From positions 3,488,001-3,552,000 of the forward strand of contig OZ241863.1 in NCBI GenBank assembly GCA_965203055.1: DNA of 64,000 nt, written 5' to 3'. Positions 62,300 through 64,000 of the stretch are shown in pieces (positions within the stretch are counted from its first letter, which is position 1; every line of letters begins with the position of its first letter). The notes under the pieces are model-generated. The model worked only from the letters and a program-made list of their open reading frames with translations. It did not search any database and had not been told where the DNA came from. Position numbers and translations under genes: made by a program. Source of the DNA: Spirochaetia bacterium (GTDB taxonomy: Bacteria; Spirochaetota; Spirochaetia; SZUA-6; Bin103).

Positions 62300-63805
62300 G
62301 TGGCGCCTGCCTGGCGGCGCGTCGCCGCGCTCAAGACGCCGGCCGCCCTGCGCGACTACCTGGGCAGCCTCGGCATCGCGGCGCAGATGCCGTTCGACGA
62401 AGGCGCTGACCTGGCGCCTCTCGCCGCCCCCCTCCCTCTGCCCGGCGGAGGTACCCTCGGCAACCGCTTCTGCATTCAGCCGATGGAAGGCTGGGACGGG
62501 GCCGCGGACGGCACCCCGACCGAGCTGGTGCGGCGCCGGTGGCGAGCCTTCGGCAGCAGCGGCGCCAAGCTGATCTGGGGCGGCGAGGCGACCGCGGTTA
62601 CCCACGCCGGGCGCGCCAACCCCAACCAGTTGCGGCTGGAAGAGGACACCGCGGCGGCGCTGGCGGCGCTGCGCGCGGAGCTGGTGGCGGTCCACGAGGA
62701 ACGGTTCGGGCACAGCGGCGACCTGTTGGTGGGGCTGCAGCTCACCCACTCCGGGCGCTTCTGCCGGCCCAACGACAAGCAGGTCACCGAGCCGGTGACC
62801 CTATACCGCCATCCCCTGCTTGACCGCAAGTTCGGCCTCGCCGCCGGGCATCGGCCCGCGTCCGACGCCGAAGTTGAGGATCTCATCGAACGCTTCATCG
62901 CGGCCGGCGTGTTGGCGTGGCAGGCCGGCTTCGCGTTCGTGGACGTGAAGCACTGCCACGGCTATCTGGGGCACGAGTTCCTCAGCGCCGTGGACCGCCC
63001 GGGACGCTACGGCGGCAGCTTCGAGAACCGCACCCGCTTTCTGCGCGAGGTGGCCGCCGGGCTGCGCCGGCGAGCGCCGGAGCTGCTGCTCGGGGTGCGC
63101 CTCAGCGCCTTCGATCTGATACCGTTCGAACCGCACCCGGACACCAGGGTAGGAACGCCGTCCCGCGTTGCCTCCCGCTACCGGCACGGCTTCGGCGCCG
63201 CCGGCCACGACCCGACGGCGTACGACCTGAGCGAACCGCTGCGCTTCGTCGCCCTGCTGCAGGAGCTGGGCATCTTCCTGCTCAACGTGACCGCCGGCAG
63301 CCCCTACTACACCCCCCACATTCAGCGGCCGGCGCTGTTTCCACCCTCCGACGGCTACCTGCCGCCGGAAGATCCGCTGGTCGGCGTGGCGCGGCAGATC
63401 GAGGTGGTGCGGCAGATCAAGGAACGGTTTCCGGAGATGATCGTGGTGGGCAGCGGCTACAGCTACCTGCAGGAGTGGCTGCCGCACGTGGCCGGCGCCG
63501 GGGTGGCCGCCGGCGGCGTCGACGTGGTGGGCATCGGGCGCATGGCGCTCTCCTACCCGCGGCTGCCGGCCGACCTGCTGGAGGGCCGCGCCCTGCAGCG
63601 CAAACGCATCTGCCGCACCTTCAGCGACTGCACCACGGCGCCCCGCAACGGCCTGATCTCAGGTTGCTTTCCGCTCGACCCGTTCTACAAGGCGCGCGCC
63701 GAGGCGGCGGAGTTGCGACGCCGCAAGCAGGCCGGCGCGGTACGGCCGCCCGCCCGTCCGCCTCAGCCTCGCCGCACCCCCGAGCCGCCGCTCCCGCTAA
63801 CCTGA
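62300..63805 (+). CDS. NADH:flavin oxidoreductase (Old Yellow Enzyme-like)
   Basis: [41 protein letters not shown] and GIGR motifs. Confidence 0.88.
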   Translation: MAPAWRRVAALKTPAALRDYLGSLGIAAQMPFDEGADLAPLAAPLPLPGGGTLGNRFCIQPMEGWDGAADGTPTELVRRRWRAFGSSGAKLIWGGEATAVTHAGRANPNQLRLEEDTAAALAALRAELVAVHEERFGHSGDLLVGLQLTHSGRFCRPNDKQVTEPVTLYRHPLLDRKFGLAAGHRPASDAEVEDLIERFIAAGVLAWQAGFAFVDVKHCHGYLGHEFLSAVDRPGRYGGSFENRTRFLREVAAGLRRRAPELLLGVRLSAFDLIPFEPHPDTRVGTPSRVASRYRHGFGAAGHDPTAYDLSEPLRFVALLQELGIFLLNVTAGSPYYTPHIQRPALFPPSDGYLPPEDPLVGVARQIEVVRQIKERFPEMIVVGSGYSYLQEWLPHVAGAGVAAGGVDVVGIGRMALSYPRLPADLLEGRALQRKRICRTFSDCTTAPRNGLISGCFPLDPFYKARAEAAELRRRKQAGAVRPPARPPQPRRTPEPPLPLT

Positions 63806-63842
63806 TTTGGGATCCATCCATCAAGCGGCAAACCGTTTACAC

Positions 63843-64000
63843 TCAGCTTTCCGGCCAGACGCGCAGCCCGGGGACAGTGTTGAAGTGTCCGTCGAAAGTG
63901 ACGATAGTGGCCCCCAACTGAATACAATGAGCTGCGATCCAAACGTCATTCATGGGCAGCGGCGTACCGGCTTGGCGGAGGGCCTCCTTGGTTACCGCGA
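63843..64000 (-). CDS. vapC: PIN-domain VapC toxin (3' end; 5' end outside the window)
   Basis: Manual translation: ...LRQAGTPLPMNDVWIAAHCIQLGATIVTFDGHFNTVPGLRVWPES*. Confidence 0.85.
   Translation of the reverse strand, partial: AVTKEALRQAGTPLPMNDVWIAAHCIQLGATIVTFDGHFNTVPGLRVWPES

Overview
A very GC-rich bacterial chromosome segment, most likely from a Spirochaetota member. This is inferred from a short ThrRS, groEL without an adjacent groES, an archaeal-type UMP kinase, a MurE with a DEDxR motif near a FemABX gene, and the ECF sigma/cysS neighbourhood. Most of the window is housekeeping: thrS, secDF-yajC, groEL, 2-oxoacid dehydrogenase E1/E2, cysS, murD/murE, hflKC, eno, rplM-rpsI, a UvrD/PcrA helicase, lolA, pyrH, argS, fab genes, tRNA-Cys and tRNA-Leu. 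The main accessory element (~41.1-47.1 kb) is an orphan BREX type-2 PglX adenine methyltransferase with a lower-GC central specificity region. It lies between two inverted, paralogous Rpn (PD-(D/E)XK) nuclease genes, each with an internal RBS plus in-frame ATG for a small C-terminal protein. A 10-bp tandem duplication sits at one rpn start codon, and a truncated gene remnant sits at the left edge. Other notable items are an uncharacterised four-gene ABC-2 export operon, a DUF2089/DUF4097 pair with a perfect 22-bp operator palindrome, a Fur-regulated orphan metal-binding protein with a long His/Asp/Glu repeat, and several apparently leaderless genes. All family assignments come from motif recognition only; no database search was run.
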